IMG/VR virus record: IMGVR_UViG_3300050821_016647
Span: 1-64,000 of that record
Direction: 5' to 3' (one strand)
DNA length: 64,000 nt
Source of the DNA: a virus
Numbering within the stretch: the stretch's first letter is position 1; the number at the start of each line of letters is the position of its first letter. The translations under genes were made by a program, and so were the position numbers. This document shows positions 45,329 to 55,358 of the stretch, piece after piece. The notes below the pieces were generated by a model. That model did no database searches and was not told where the DNA came from. It worked only from the letters and a program-made list of their open reading frames with translations.

Positions 45329-45441
45329 CTGTTTCTCCTGCGCCTGCGGGAGACCCGCATTCGCATGATGGTTTCAAGGCGTTGGACGAACTACGAACTA
45401 TCGAGGCACGCACTCACTAAACGAGCTGAGCGCGTTGAACT

Positions 45442-47139
45442 TCAGTCCTCCGGGAACGAGGCGTACATCCCGAAGCCCTTGGGGAGAGCTCCGAGACACG
45501 ACTCATCACGAATCGCTGCCATCGCAGCAGCGTGCGTAGCGGCGATGCCGCCAGAGGTGCTCGTGCACGGAGCGCACTGCGGACCCGTGCTGGGTCCACC
45601 TGGCAGAACCGTTCCGGCCGGCGGGTCCTGGACCACGTCGCCGGTATTCGTGAGAATACCGTGCGGGGTCTGGAGCGGATGCGCAGGGTAACCGACAGGA
45701 ATGGTCGGTCCACCGCCCGGTGCATAGATCGCCGGAGGCGTGCTGCCGCCGGGCAATCCAGGAGGAGCGTTCCCTGGGCCGCCAGGCGAGTACGGCGCCT
45801 GGTTCGGCTGGGACGCTGGAATCACCATGGACGTCGGTGCAATCGGCGTGTTCACGGTGAGAGGCGAGGGAGCGTTCTGTCCCACACCGCGTGCCTTGGG
45901 CCCAGGGTCCCTTAGCGCCGGACGGCGACCGACACCGCGGGGGAGACCCGCGAGCGGAGTCGACGTCGTGGGAGCTGCCGCGGTTCCGGCTGCCGGAGTG
46001 GCCGCCGTCACCGCCGCCTGCGCTTCGATCTCGGCGAGGTAGAGCTGCTGTCCGAGCGCCGTCGAACCGATCATGGAAGCCATGACCGACTTGAACAGGT
46101 TGCCGAACAGAGCCGCGCCCGCGCCGAGCATCATGCCCTGAAGGGCCGCGCGGCCCCACGGGGAATCGACGAACGCCGCCGCGATCCCTGGCACCGCAGC
46201 CACGCCGAACTGCGCGGCCATGGACTGCCAGGATGGGAATGCCTGAGTCGCGACGTCGTTCGGAACGACCTGCGTGCCGCCCGGTGGAACGCTGTTCGCT
46301 GGCTGACCTGCCGCAACGGCTGTCGTCGACATGTACCGTCCGACGAAGTCCGCGAGACCGTAGCCGAGGATGCCGGTGATTCCGACGAGCACGAGCTCAC
46401 CACCAGACAGCGGGTTCGAGAGCACATAGCCCTCAGCACCGATCGTGTCGTACGCCTCGCGCTCGCTGTAGCCGGACCGACCGTAGGCCGGCAACCGGTG
46501 CGAACGCGGAGTGCGACGTGCATGTGACCGACGACGGCTCGAGCTGCGGCGCGTCTTGCGGTGCCGACGCGGAGCCGCACGACGAGTGCGACGCGCATGC
46601 GACCGACGGACCGAACGACGACGCCGACGCGGCGCAGAGAGCCCGAGGCGACGCCGACGCCGACGAATGCCCTTCAGGGCCGCCTTGCGGTGCCGACGCG
46701 GTTGCCCGAACCACTCCTTCGCGCGCGCCCTCTTCCGGCGGCGACGCGGAGCTGCGCGACGAACCGCACGACGCCGACGCCGACGGACCGGAGCCGCGTG
46801 GTGCCGACGCGCCGCGAGGCGACGCCGACGCCGACGGATGCCCTTGCGAGCGGCACGACGGTGACGGATCGGTTGTCCCTTCCAATCGGAAGCCTTCGCC
46901 CTGCGACGCCGACGGCGCTTGGGGGCTGCTGCCGCGGGGGCTGCAACGCGACGCCGACGCCGACGACGCGGGGCGGCTGCCGGAGCGGCTGCCCGGCGAC
47001 GACGCCTGCGCGGAGCTGCGGCGGGGGCTGCGGCCCTGCGACGGCGACGGCGCGGCGCTGCGGCGGACGACTTCACGAAGTGGCCCCTCGAGTTTCTTTT
47101 GCGACCGCGGGCTGCGCGCGACTTGCGGCGTGACTTCAT
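45442..47139 (-). CDS. protamine-like Arg-rich core protein fused to an NP motif and multi-TM domain
   Basis: SD GGGAG then MKSRRKS; (AAAP)RRRRRR repeats; LSNPLSGGEL + TM; further hydrophobic helices; frame stays open and basic up to 47502. Confidence 0.8.
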   Translation of the reverse strand: MKSRRKSRAARGRKRNSRGHFVKSSAAAPRRRRRRAAAPAAAPRRRRRRAAAPAAAPRRRRRRRVAAPAAAAPKRRRRRRAKASDWKGQPIRHRRAARKGIRRRRRRLAARRHHAAPVRRRRRRAVRRAAPRRRRKRARAKEWFGQPRRHRKAALKGIRRRRRRLGLSAPRRRRRSVRRSHARRTRRAAPRRHRKTRRSSSRRRSHARRTPRSHRLPAYGRSGYSEREAYDTIGAEGYVLSNPLSGGELVLVGITGILGYGLADFVGRYMSTTAVAAGQPANSVPPGGTQVVPNDVATQAFPSWQSMAAQFGVAAVPGIAAAFVDSPWGRAALQGMMLGAGAALFGNLFKSVMASMIGSTALGQQLYLAEIEAQAAVTAATPAAGTAAAPTTSTPLAGLPRGVGRRPALRDPGPKARGVGQNAPSPLTVNTPIAPTSMVIPASQPNQAPYSPGGPGNAPPGLPGGSTPPAIYAPGGGPTIPVGYPAHPLQTPHGILTNTGDVVQDPPAGTVLPGGPSTGPQCAPCTSTSGGIAATHAAAMAAIRDESCLGALPKGFGMYASFPED

Positions 47140-47543
47140 TGGCAGTGTCTCCCTAGTGGAAAAACCCGGCGCTTTGGCCGACTTCGAAACGGTAACGAAG
47201 TAGCCTGTAGACGTCAAACGTCTCACATGATTGGCAGTCGTCGAACGCGGTTTACGACCACGTGAATAGCGACGGATCACCGAGAATTTGGCTCTCGAAT
47301 GCTTGCGACGTCGCGGCGCACTATTCGACTTGTCGGAGCGAGTTTTCGTGGCTACTCGCTTTGTAATACGCTTGTGTGCAGCGCTCGTAGACCGATTTCG
47401 CGATACACGCTTAGGTTTTGTATTACGAGCGCCGGCTTCGTCGCTTTCACTCCTGAATGCGTTCATTCGAGCCGCATAATCCCCGCCGGATGACTTCGCC
47501 ATCCACAACGAATACGCCCACGCGGGCGGAACGACAACTCGCT

Positions 47544-47981
47544 CTACGGGAACACGTACCCGCGGTCGTCTACGATGCAGCCGTCTCCCAGTGACAACTT
47601 GTAAATGCGACCAGCTTTCCACAGAGTGGGTTGCCGCGATTTGAACGGGTGATGGAAGCCACCACTGGCTCGCTTGCCCTTGCGCACGTAAAGAATCTGC
47701 GCAACTTCTCCGACTTTCTTCCAGCCATCCTTCGGAATCTTCGGCAGCGTCGCGAGCACCGCTTGGTAGTCGGCACCGAAGTAGCGCCGGTGCGATCGAT
47801 TCATCTCGACCGGACGCCGCGTCTTCTTGAAGGGTCCAAAAAAGACATCACACTTCGGCAACACGACCCCTTCCTGGTCGTGGAACGTCCCATAGGATGC
47901 CGGCAAGCGAATGGTCTTACCGTTGGCCATCTCGAAGACCACGCGGTCCGACTCGACACGAATGGACGGCGACTCGCTCAC
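47544..47981 (-). CDS. basic hypothetical virion protein
   Basis: GTGA-coupled; ILYVRKG...GGFHHPF...PTL...IVDDRGYVFP. Confidence 0.65.
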   Translation of the reverse strand: MSESPSIRVESDRVVFEMANGKTIRLPASYGTFHDQEGVVLPKCDVFFGPFKKTRRPVEMNRSHRRYFGADYQAVLATLPKIPKDGWKKVGEVAQILYVRKGKRASGGFHHPFKSRQPTLWKAGRIYKLSLGDGCIVDDRGYVFP

Positions 47982-48379
47982 GACGCCCCCTGCTGAAGCG
48001 AGCTCGAGTACCCGCCGGGGGCCCCGCCTGAAGCAACGTAATTGAGCATGTTGGCCGTGGCCCACGTTTGGTAACCACTAACGGAGGGTGCCGTCCCAGC
48101 CGGCAACGACGCAACGTACATCGCCGGCAGCTGTGCAATCGAAGCGGCAAGCGCCGTCGACTGCGCCGCAGTCGGCTGCATCCCTCCGATGCCTGCGTTG
48201 GTCGCAAGGATCTGATTCAAGATCCCGTTCTGCACGTCCGCGCTCGGGGGCCAGACGCTGTTCTGATACGTGGTGTAAACCATCCACCCGACGCCGCCGA
48301 CGACGACCGCGCCCAGACCCAGCAGAAGCCACTGCTGAGCCTGGGGGGAAAGCGGGTTACGTCGGGAGCGCCGTCTCAT
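47978..48379 (-). CDS. basic-NP-TM family membrane protein
   Basis: MRRRSRRNPLSPQAQQWLLLGLGAVVVGGVGWMVY. Confidence 0.75.
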   Translation of the reverse strand: MRRRSRRNPLSPQAQQWLLLGLGAVVVGGVGWMVYTTYQNSVWPPSADVQNGILNQILATNAGIGGMQPTAAQSTALAASIAQLPAMYVASLPAGTAPSVSGYQTWATANMLNYVASGGAPGGYSSSLQQGAS

Positions 48380-48392
48380 TCGCCGACCGCGA

Positions 48393-48692
48393 TCAGATGG
48401 CCGCGAGATTCGACGCGTAGGGCTGGAAGATGGATGGCAGATTCGCAACGGCGGCCTGACCGGCCGGCGTCTGAAGCCATGCCTGCTCGTTCGCAGTCAC
48501 CGGCGTCGAACCCGCCGGTAGCGTCGCGGCATACGCGGCGTTGAGCTGGGACGCCTCGTAGATCGTGTACACGATCCCGGCCGCGGTAAGCGTCCCGAGG
48601 CCGATGAGCAGCCACTCGATTCCGGTCGGATTCTCTTTGCCGTACGCGCGAGAGCTGCTGAAACGACGGCGTCGATGATGTCTTCTTCGCAT
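48393..48692 (-). CDS. basic-NP-TM family membrane protein
   Basis: MRRRHHRRRR...GKENPTGIEWLLIGLGTLTAAGIVYTIY. Confidence 0.75.
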   Translation of the reverse strand: MRRRHHRRRRFSSSRAYGKENPTGIEWLLIGLGTLTAAGIVYTIYEASQLNAAYAATLPAGSTPVTANEQAWLQTPAGQAAVANLPSIFQPYASNLAAI

Positions 48693-48722
48693 GGGAATCT
48701 CCTGTTGAGGTGACCGACGTTA

Positions 48723-49646
48723 TCAGATCCTTCTTGGACCTGGAACTTTGCCGACTCCACGCACCATCTGCTGCGAAAACGCGTAGTCCTTTGCCTCTTT
48801 CACCGGAGTGCCGTCTGGAAAACACGGCAATCCTCTCTCGAGCCCGACAGGCACGTAAGACGCGCTGTCAGCTTGAGGCGCGAAGGCGTGAGCCATCGGA
48901 AAGACGCCAACGCCTGTTGGTTGAGCTGCTGGCTCTGTCTGCACAGGCACTGCGCCCACTCCAATGAAGTCGCCGTGGTCCGGTTCTTTTCCCATGGTCG
49001 TCGGAGCTCCGTTAGGTGTGGAAGACATTGTCCCGCTGATGGGGTCGACCCACCATTCCTTGGTCGCCGGATAGGACTCGTCCACGCCGTATTTCTCTGA
49101 CGACGGATCGACCTTCATCCAATTACCGTTGTCGCCGAGCACGGCGCAAATGACGTGGGTTGCCTGAGAGGTCCCGTACGCCTGACCTACGATCCGTGTC
49201 TCGATGCCAATCGAGAGCATTGCCGATGCGAACGCGATGCAGCGGTCATCACAATCGGCGGCAGGCATGCAGAGCCCATGTTCGTCCAGACAAAGCGTAC
49301 GAGCAGGAGTCGCCATGAGCTCGGTGTTGACCGGGTCCTGGACGTAAACGGTCCTTTTTCGAATCTCGTTGAGGATGGCTTGCGCCTGTCCTTTGACGGT
49401 CTTCGGCTTGCCCGCGGCAATGAGAACTTTCCCGGCGAACGCGCGGAGCCGCGGGTCATTACGGCCGTCGCGAATGTACTTCGACATCTCGTTGAGCGAG
49501 TAATTCGTCCCTTCAACCCCCGGTGGATGTCGGTCCTGAATCACCGGCGTTCCAAGCGCTTTCGCCGCCTCGGTCGCAGACGGAGCGAAGCCTTTGCCGA
49601 AACCAGCAATCGGGCGGGGAAATGCGGGAACGTCGGAATCGCTCAT
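48723..49646 (-). CDS. transglutaminase-like (papain-fold) cysteine enzyme
   Basis: VYVQDP...P.RTL...ADCDDR (Cys), ATHVI (His), WMKVDPS (Asp). Confidence 0.82.
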   Translation of the reverse strand: MSDSDVPAFPRPIAGFGKGFAPSATEAAKALGTPVIQDRHPPGVEGTNYSLNEMSKYIRDGRNDPRLRAFAGKVLIAAGKPKTVKGQAQAILNEIRKRTVYVQDPVNTELMATPARTLCLDEHGLCMPAADCDDRCIAFASAMLSIGIETRIVGQAYGTSQATHVICAVLGDNGNWMKVDPSSEKYGVDESYPATKEWWVDPISGTMSSTPNGAPTTMGKEPDHGDFIGVGAVPVQTEPAAQPTGVGVFPMAHAFAPQADSASYVPVGLERGLPCFPDGTPVKEAKDYAFSQQMVRGVGKVPGPRRI

Positions 49647-49648
49647 GG

Positions 49649-50224
49649 TCACCCCGCCAGTAAAACGTTCGGTGCGACCCAGTAATTGTTGAAGACCTGC
49701 GTCCACCCGGCCCCTGGCGATCCGACCTGGTACACGGCCTTGAGGTGGTGCGGCATCGCCGTCACACCGGTAGGACACCAGATCCAATACTCACCGACCT
49801 GATGCCACTGACCTTGACCGGCTTGCGGCGCCTTCGACGGCATCGCCCCGTGCGTGTACCAGAAGCCGCGCGGATCGAACTTGGGAGGAATCTGCGCGCC
49901 AGCGGCGACGAGCGTCGGCGCAGCTTGAATGTTGGTCTTGTGGCCTTCAACGATCGAAAGAGACGTGTGCTCCGGAGGAGGCGACATCGCAACATCAGGG
50001 CGCATCAGTGCTCCAACACCTTCCGGCTCTTTCGCGGCTCCTTCCGACTCCTTCCCTACTCCCTCCGGTTCCTTCCCTACACCCTCCGGCTCCTTCACCG
50101 TACTCTTCGTCGGTGCCGAGGTATCCGGCCACTTCTTCCTCTCTCCCCCAGGAAGCAGACCCAGACCTCGAATGATCCCCTGAGGGAAGATGTAGTCCTT
50201 GTCGGGATTGCGATCGTCACTCAT
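49649..50224 (-). CDS. virion protein with KEPEGVG repeats and Trp-rich repeats
   Basis: MSDDRNPDKDYIFPQGIIRGLGL; (KEPEGVG)x~4; GQWHQVGEYWIWCP, GWTQVFNNYWVAP. Confidence 0.65.
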   Translation of the reverse strand: MSDDRNPDKDYIFPQGIIRGLGLLPGGERKKWPDTSAPTKSTVKEPEGVGKEPEGVGKESEGAAKEPEGVGALMRPDVAMSPPPEHTSLSIVEGHKTNIQAAPTLVAAGAQIPPKFDPRGFWYTHGAMPSKAPQAGQGQWHQVGEYWIWCPTGVTAMPHHLKAVYQVGSPGAGWTQVFNNYWVAPNVLLAG

Positions 50225-50745
50225 CGAGCTCTCCTTCGTGGCTTCGCGCGTCGTACGCGTCTGAACCTTCGTTGCGTTCCGTGACCGATCGAAAGCGGGT
50301 TTGACTTCATTCCCGCCGGAGCAACCGCGGGTCGCATCGCCGACCATGCGATGAACCCGAGGAGTCCGAGAAGCGCAGTTCCACCGAGCACCCACGCCCA
50401 CGTGGGCACGCTCGAGGTCGCGGGAGCTGCGGCTACGGGAACCGGCGCTGTGTACGTCGGAAGAGGAAGAGTGCCAGGAAACGACGTGGGCACGATCGCC
50501 GTCGAGCCGACAGGATTGAGTCCGTCCGTCGAAGCTGGAGGCGTCACACCGGGTATCGGGATCTCCACGCCCGATACGAGCGGCGTCGTATCCGCAGTCA
50601 CAGCCGGAGCCGGCGGCGGCTCGGGCGGTGGCGTAAGTGGCGGGAGAGTGGTCGGAGCGTACATGACCCCGGCAGATACCTGGCCTAGACCTGTAGGAAC
50701 AGAGGCGCCGTTTTGGGGCGTAGCAGGCGTAGCTGTTGCTTCCAT
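50221..50745 (-). CDS. Pro-rich protein with TM-NP-basic C-terminus
   Basis: PTGLGQ; VPTWAWVLGGTALLGLLGFIAW...MKSNPLS...RRFRRVRRAKPRRRAR. Confidence 0.75.
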   Translation of the reverse strand: MEATATPATPQNGASVPTGLGQVSAGVMYAPTTLPPLTPPPEPPPAPAVTADTTPLVSGVEIPIPGVTPPASTDGLNPVGSTAIVPTSFPGTLPLPTYTAPVPVAAAPATSSVPTWAWVLGGTALLGLLGFIAWSAMRPAVAPAGMKSNPLSIGHGTQRRFRRVRRAKPRRRAR

Positions 50746-50790
50746 GCGCCTACAGTATCAGGCACTCCCGAAGTCGTCGAGAATGGGCTT

Positions 50791-51573
50791 CTACGTCGAA
50801 GACGACGCAGGCGAAGAAGCCTCGGAAACGAGATAAATCACGCCACCGAGGACCGCAATTCCGAGCAGTCCAGCTATCACCATAGCCGTCGTAGACATTC
50901 CTGCCGGCGCTACGGATGGGGCGTAATACTGCGCCGGCTGAGGCTGTCCCGCTGCGGCCATCGTAGCGAGAATCGCCTGCGCCGACGCCGAGGAACGTGC
51001 CGTAGGCGTTGTCCCGGGAGCGGATGGGTACGTAGGGGAGTACGTCCCAGGAAGTCCCGATTGAAGCGTCGTGTTCACGACGAACGATGGCGCAGAAGAA
51101 GGAACGGGAATGACTGGCGATTCTCCTGGAGCCAACGGCTGAATTTTTCCGACTCCTGAGGGGAGACCCATGACGCCTCCGATAGCAGCACCTGATCCGA
51201 GCTTGCTCGTCTTGGACACGTAGTGCCCGCCGTGGCCCGTACTCTCGACGAAGAGTCCGTCAACGCAGATCAAGATCTCATTCTTACCCCCGGACGTGTA
51301 CTTACCAGTCTTAGCGTCGTATCCGGTGTAAACGAACTTGAAGAGGTATCCTCCATAAGTGAAATATGGAGAGACCCCGATCTGGGTCATGTAGTAGTTG
51401 AAGACCGGGCCGTAGTTGAGCGAGACGCCGTCGATGGTGACGTACGGACCGTGGCCTTGCGTTATCACTCGCAGCCAGCGCTTGCACTGGCGAGCGCCGG
51501 TCAGAACGATGCCTTCCGGCGGTGATGGATTTACGCCGAGACCTCGGACCAGCGCTGGGCTGAACGCGTGCAC
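50791..51573 (-). CDS. virion membrane protein
   Basis: GTG start MHAFSPALVRGLGVNP; C-terminal TM. Confidence 0.65.
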   Translation of the reverse strand: MHAFSPALVRGLGVNPSPPEGIVLTGARQCKRWLRVITQGHGPYVTIDGVSLNYGPVFNYYMTQIGVSPYFTYGGYLFKFVYTGYDAKTGKYTSGGKNEILICVDGLFVESTGHGGHYVSKTSKLGSGAAIGGVMGLPSGVGKIQPLAPGESPVIPVPSSAPSFVVNTTLQSGLPGTYSPTYPSAPGTTPTARSSASAQAILATMAAAGQPQPAQYYAPSVAPAGMSTTAMVIAGLLGIAVLGGVIYLVSEASSPASSST

Positions 51574-51581
51574 GATCTGCT

Positions 51582-52922
51582 CTAATCGAGCAAATAGTAC
51601 GCGCCCACACCCGCACCACCGACGAGCAAGAGCGCCCAGAGCCACGCGTACGACGTCGTCGCAGCGGCGTACGGGATGAAGACCCAGTACGCGGGCCCGG
51701 TGTTGATCCACTGTCCCGTGATGCCGGCGGCTGCGAGTTGCGCAGGGACCTGCGTCGGCCTCGGAAGGGTCGGGCCACCGATCCCCAGAAGTTGGTTCAC
51801 GTTGCTGACCACGTAGTACGTGTTGACGATGGCAAGCGAATACGCCGGCATCGGGTACCACTGCCAGAAGTGCGGGCGAACCATGCACCACGCGCCAGGC
51901 AAAGAAACCCCGGGCGGAGGTGCCGTCGGTCGCGCAACCCCCGTGCTGTTGTACACCCACGCGAACTGCCCCAGTCCGGCAGCGGTCTGGAATACGGGGA
52001 TTCCCGGTTGAGGCGCCGTAGGCGGAAGCACCATGGCCAAGAACTGCGCGCTGAGCACCGCCTGGTGAACGGAAGGAATCCCGCTCGCGGAGTAGACGAG
52101 CGCGACAGGAGTCAGAGCACCAGCAACCACAGGCGCAGTCTGCACAACCGTGACCGCACCAACGGTGCACTGCTGGATCGGACCGTTCGTCAGCGTAGGG
52201 TTGTAGCGGAAGTGCGACCCGCCGTACGTGAAGTAGATCCAGCCATCGGATGCCGTCGATACGCCGCCGACCGCCAGTCGCGAAGACAGCGCAGGAGCCA
52301 CCTGAAGAAAGAGCGCGCTCGTCGAGGACAGACCCTTCCAGCCCGAACCGGCTGGGCAAGCAAACGGATTCGTCAGCGTCACCTGCCCGAGACCGGTCGG
52401 CTTGCGACCGACACCGACGATATCCGCTGCCCCGTCCGCAAAAGCGCCGACACCGGTCGGCAGTCCGTTGATGCCTTGGAAGTGCGAAGGCGGGTTGTAG
52501 TGCGTTCCGTGCGGGAAAAGCTCCTCTCCGCCGGCCAGCAGCTCCGCTGCCTCCCCAGACGACCCTGCGGCTGGACCGAGTCTGCCGCCCCCCTCTCCGC
52601 CCACATTTGTCGCCGACCCAGAAGATGTACCTCCTGCACCCATGTTGCCGTGAGGACCCTCACTGCCTCGCGGCTCAGGGGTCAAGTTGTACCCTCCGCG
52701 ATTGACCTCGTGCCATCCGCTTGGCTGCCCTACGCCCGCCGGCATTCCGGCGACGCCGTGAAAGTGCTCGGGGACCTTGTACACGGCACCTTTCGCGTCA
52801 GGCCGGACCAGTGTTAGGCCAAGTCCGGTAATCGGCATCGCGAACGCTCGGTCTCGAGCAGGACTCGCAGGATTCCGTCCGAGTCCAAGGTGACGAACGT
52901 CGAAGGCGCAATCCTGGGTCAT
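51582..52922 (-). CDS. virion membrane protein with multiple G[LV]G motifs
   Basis: QDCAFDVRHLGLGRNP, DRAFAMPITGLG; Trp-rich repeats; C-terminal TM paralogous to 52997-53551. Confidence 0.7.
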   Translation of the reverse strand: MTQDCAFDVRHLGLGRNPASPARDRAFAMPITGLGLTLVRPDAKGAVYKVPEHFHGVAGMPAGVGQPSGWHEVNRGGYNLTPEPRGSEGPHGNMGAGGTSSGSATNVGGEGGGRLGPAAGSSGEAAELLAGGEELFPHGTHYNPPSHFQGINGLPTGVGAFADGAADIVGVGRKPTGLGQVTLTNPFACPAGSGWKGLSSTSALFLQVAPALSSRLAVGGVSTASDGWIYFTYGGSHFRYNPTLTNGPIQQCTVGAVTVVQTAPVVAGALTPVALVYSASGIPSVHQAVLSAQFLAMVLPPTAPQPGIPVFQTAAGLGQFAWVYNSTGVARPTAPPPGVSLPGAWCMVRPHFWQWYPMPAYSLAIVNTYYVVSNVNQLLGIGGPTLPRPTQVPAQLAAAGITGQWINTGPAYWVFIPYAAATTSYAWLWALLLVGGAGVGAYYLLD

Positions 52923-52996
52923 GGTCGATCTCTCCTACCTTGTCGTCTGTCTCGACAGGGTAAACTAGCCGAGCGGGTACCGCAACTCTGCGTTTT

Positions 52997-53551
52997 TCAG
53001 TCGATCAGATAGTAGCCAGCGGCCCCAGCCGCTCCGAGCCCGAGTAGCACCCAAAGCCAGGTATACGACGTTGGCGCAGCAGTGACGGGCATCGCGCCTT
53101 GAGAGGTGAGCGTCACAAGCGCCGGATTGAACGTCATGGGCGCCCCGGCGACCACGATGGGCGCCGAGCCTCCGCTCTGATGAGCCGCGACAGAGCTCTT
53201 GCTCGCGCAGACGCTCACGCTACCGAAGCCGGGCGAGAACATGATCGGCAAGCCTGACGACAACTTGAAGTAGAAGTTGCCGTCTGCGGCAGCTCGCGAC
53301 GGATACAAGGAAGCCCAGTTTCTTATCCACTTGACGAGAGCGCCGGTGAGCTCGGGCACCTTCGGCGACGATGGGCTCGGAGGGTACGCGTTCACCCAAG
53401 AATAGCCCGCCGGACAGGAAATAGGCTTCGCCGACCAGTTCGGAGGCGTGAGTCCCAGCCCCCTCGGTCGAAGACGCGCTGAAAACGCGCGGTCGCTCGG
53501 GGCCGGCACGCGACCGAAACCTTGAATCGGAAAAGCGTAGTCCTTGGACAT
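52997..53551 (-). CDS. virion membrane protein, paralog of the C-half of 51582-52922
   Basis: MSKDYAFPIQGFGR; CPAG..W, A.DG..YF; SYTWLWVLLGLGAAGAAGYYLID. Confidence 0.7.
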   Translation of the reverse strand: MSKDYAFPIQGFGRVPAPSDRAFSARLRPRGLGLTPPNWSAKPISCPAGYSWVNAYPPSPSSPKVPELTGALVKWIRNWASLYPSRAAADGNFYFKLSSGLPIMFSPGFGSVSVCASKSSVAAHQSGGSAPIVVAGAPMTFNPALVTLTSQGAMPVTAAPTSYTWLWVLLGLGAAGAAGYYLID

Positions 53552-53553
53552 GG

Positions 53554-53838
53554 TCACTCCGTAGCAAAGTAGATGAGGGCCCCGATCACTGCAACTCCGA
53601 CGGCTCCGGCAATCACGTAAGGAACCAACGACGGTGCTGCCGCAGCCGACGCCGTTCCCGGCGCGGTCACTGCAAGACCCTGATCCAGACTCGCTTGCGC
53701 CGCGACGACTCTCGCTTGAGCCGCTTGAATAGCGGTCGTGTTTCCGCTCGCAGCAGCTTGTGCCAGCGCCGTCTGCGAATTTTGCCACTCGGTAAATTGC
53801 GCCGTCAGCTGCGCTTGAGTCTGTCCGAGGCCGCTCAT
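53554..53838 (-). CDS. small helical membrane protein
   Basis: MSGLGQTQ...; C-terminal TM. Confidence 0.7.
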   Translation of the reverse strand: MSGLGQTQAQLTAQFTEWQNSQTALAQAAASGNTTAIQAAQARVVAAQASLDQGLAVTAPGTASAAAAPSLVPYVIAGAVGVAVIGALIYFATE

Positions 53839-55310
53839 CTTCGAAGCAACCTTCCAGCTCGAGCAAGACCAAGCTTCGTCGTTTCGACGGGGGACGTATT
53901 CGTCGCCGCCGAGTACGCCAGAATGGCAAAAGCCAAGGTGCCTGCGGCGCCTGCTGCTACCGCGCCGACCTTGCTAGCCGTCGTGAGGGTCGGGGCAGCA
54001 GCAACCGTCACAGACTGTGTTGGTGCAGTCGTCCAGTCTTCGGGACCCGTCCACACGGCTCCATTCGCCATGGCGCGAGCCATAGCGGAATAGTCCGCAA
54101 TCAGCTGATGGAGCGTGGCCTGAGCTTGCGTGGTCGACCAGCCAACACCTTGAAGAGTATGACCAGGATACCCGAGCTCGAATTTCTGCCCCCCATTCGG
54201 CTGACTCGAACCGAACGTTGTTCCGTTCTTGTTGAGGATGTACGCCTGAATCGACAGCTCGGCGACGATGGCCATAGGCGAAGCGCCGCAGCTCAACATG
54301 CCAAGCACGGTCGCGACGGCATTCATTCCGTCAGGGTTGAAGTAAATAGTCTGCCCACTCGTAGGTCCGTTCCCCGGAGCGGCTGTGCCGTAGAGCGATG
54401 TTCCGAAGTAAAGAGGGTCCGGCCGTCGCTGCTGCGCTCGCTGAACGATGAGCGCCTGGGTCAGCGTGTCACTCACCCCTTGCGTGGACTGAATCCACTT
54501 GTTTTGTAGGGCCGTTGCGCTTCCACCGGGCCCACCCGATCCGAAATAAAGATCGAGCGTGCAGTCCACCAGTCCTCCCGGACCTGTGTTCGTCGGCGTC
54601 GACCAGTTCCACCATACCGGTGTACAGAGCGGCTGCTCTTTCCCTTTTTTCCCAGTCACCGTATTCAGGACGGAATTGAGTGACGCCGATCGCGTATTCT
54701 GGCTTAGAAACGTTGGGCCGTAGCTCGGCAGTATTTGGTAAAACGGATTGGTGGCCCAAGCTCCATAGAGCAGATTCCTCCACGTTGACTCGCGCTTCGA
54801 AGTCGAAGGTGGATAAACGGACGCACACCAATCGGCCATCGCCCACCCCTGTGGGTTGTCCGACATGAGTGCTCGTTTCGAATTTGCGTAAGCAATCACA
54901 CGCTCGGTGATGACCTCGGTAGCCTGACTCACGCCGCCGACGGCAGTAACGCCCTGAAATGTCCCGAGGCTCGCAAGCCCTTCAACTAGACCCGCCACAG
55001 CGCCGACCGCAGCACCGTACGGACCTGCGATAGCTGCCCCTTGCATAGCACCGCTGAGAACGTCGGCCGCCATCGTCGCGACCTGCTGGTACTGCGCACC
55101 GCCGATACTCGTGATGAAAGAGATGCCAGCCTCGGCGAGCGTCATGAGCCCGTCGGAGGTTCCGCTTTGAATCGCGTTGACGAGATTCTGACCGTGCGTA
55201 ATTGCGTCCGACGCACTCGACGGGATATTTGCGAGCTGCGTCGCTGGATCGTTGAGGTGGGAGACTAGCGCCGAAGCGGACGAGAATTGGCCTAGCCCTC
55301 GAGCGCGCAT
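53835..55310 (-). CDS. glycine-zipper membrane protein (possible DNA delivery/penetration protein)
   Basis: MRARGLGQ; GAAIAGPYGAAVGAVAGLVEGL; C-terminal TM. Confidence 0.6.
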   Translation of the reverse strand: MRARGLGQFSSASALVSHLNDPATQLANIPSSASDAITHGQNLVNAIQSGTSDGLMTLAEAGISFITSIGGAQYQQVATMAADVLSGAMQGAAIAGPYGAAVGAVAGLVEGLASLGTFQGVTAVGGVSQATEVITERVIAYANSKRALMSDNPQGWAMADWCASVYPPSTSKRESTWRNLLYGAWATNPFYQILPSYGPTFLSQNTRSASLNSVLNTVTGKKGKEQPLCTPVWWNWSTPTNTGPGGLVDCTLDLYFGSGGPGGSATALQNKWIQSTQGVSDTLTQALIVQRAQQRRPDPLYFGTSLYGTAAPGNGPTSGQTIYFNPDGMNAVATVLGMLSCGASPMAIVAELSIQAYILNKNGTTFGSSQPNGGQKFELGYPGHTLQGVGWSTTQAQATLHQLIADYSAMARAMANGAVWTGPEDWTTAPTQSVTVAAAPTLTTASKVGAVAAGAAGTLAFAILAYSAATNTSPVETTKLGLARAGRLLRR

Positions 55311-55358
55311 GCGCCCAGCCTACATCGGTCCACTCTGGAGCGCTACGAAACGCTACGT

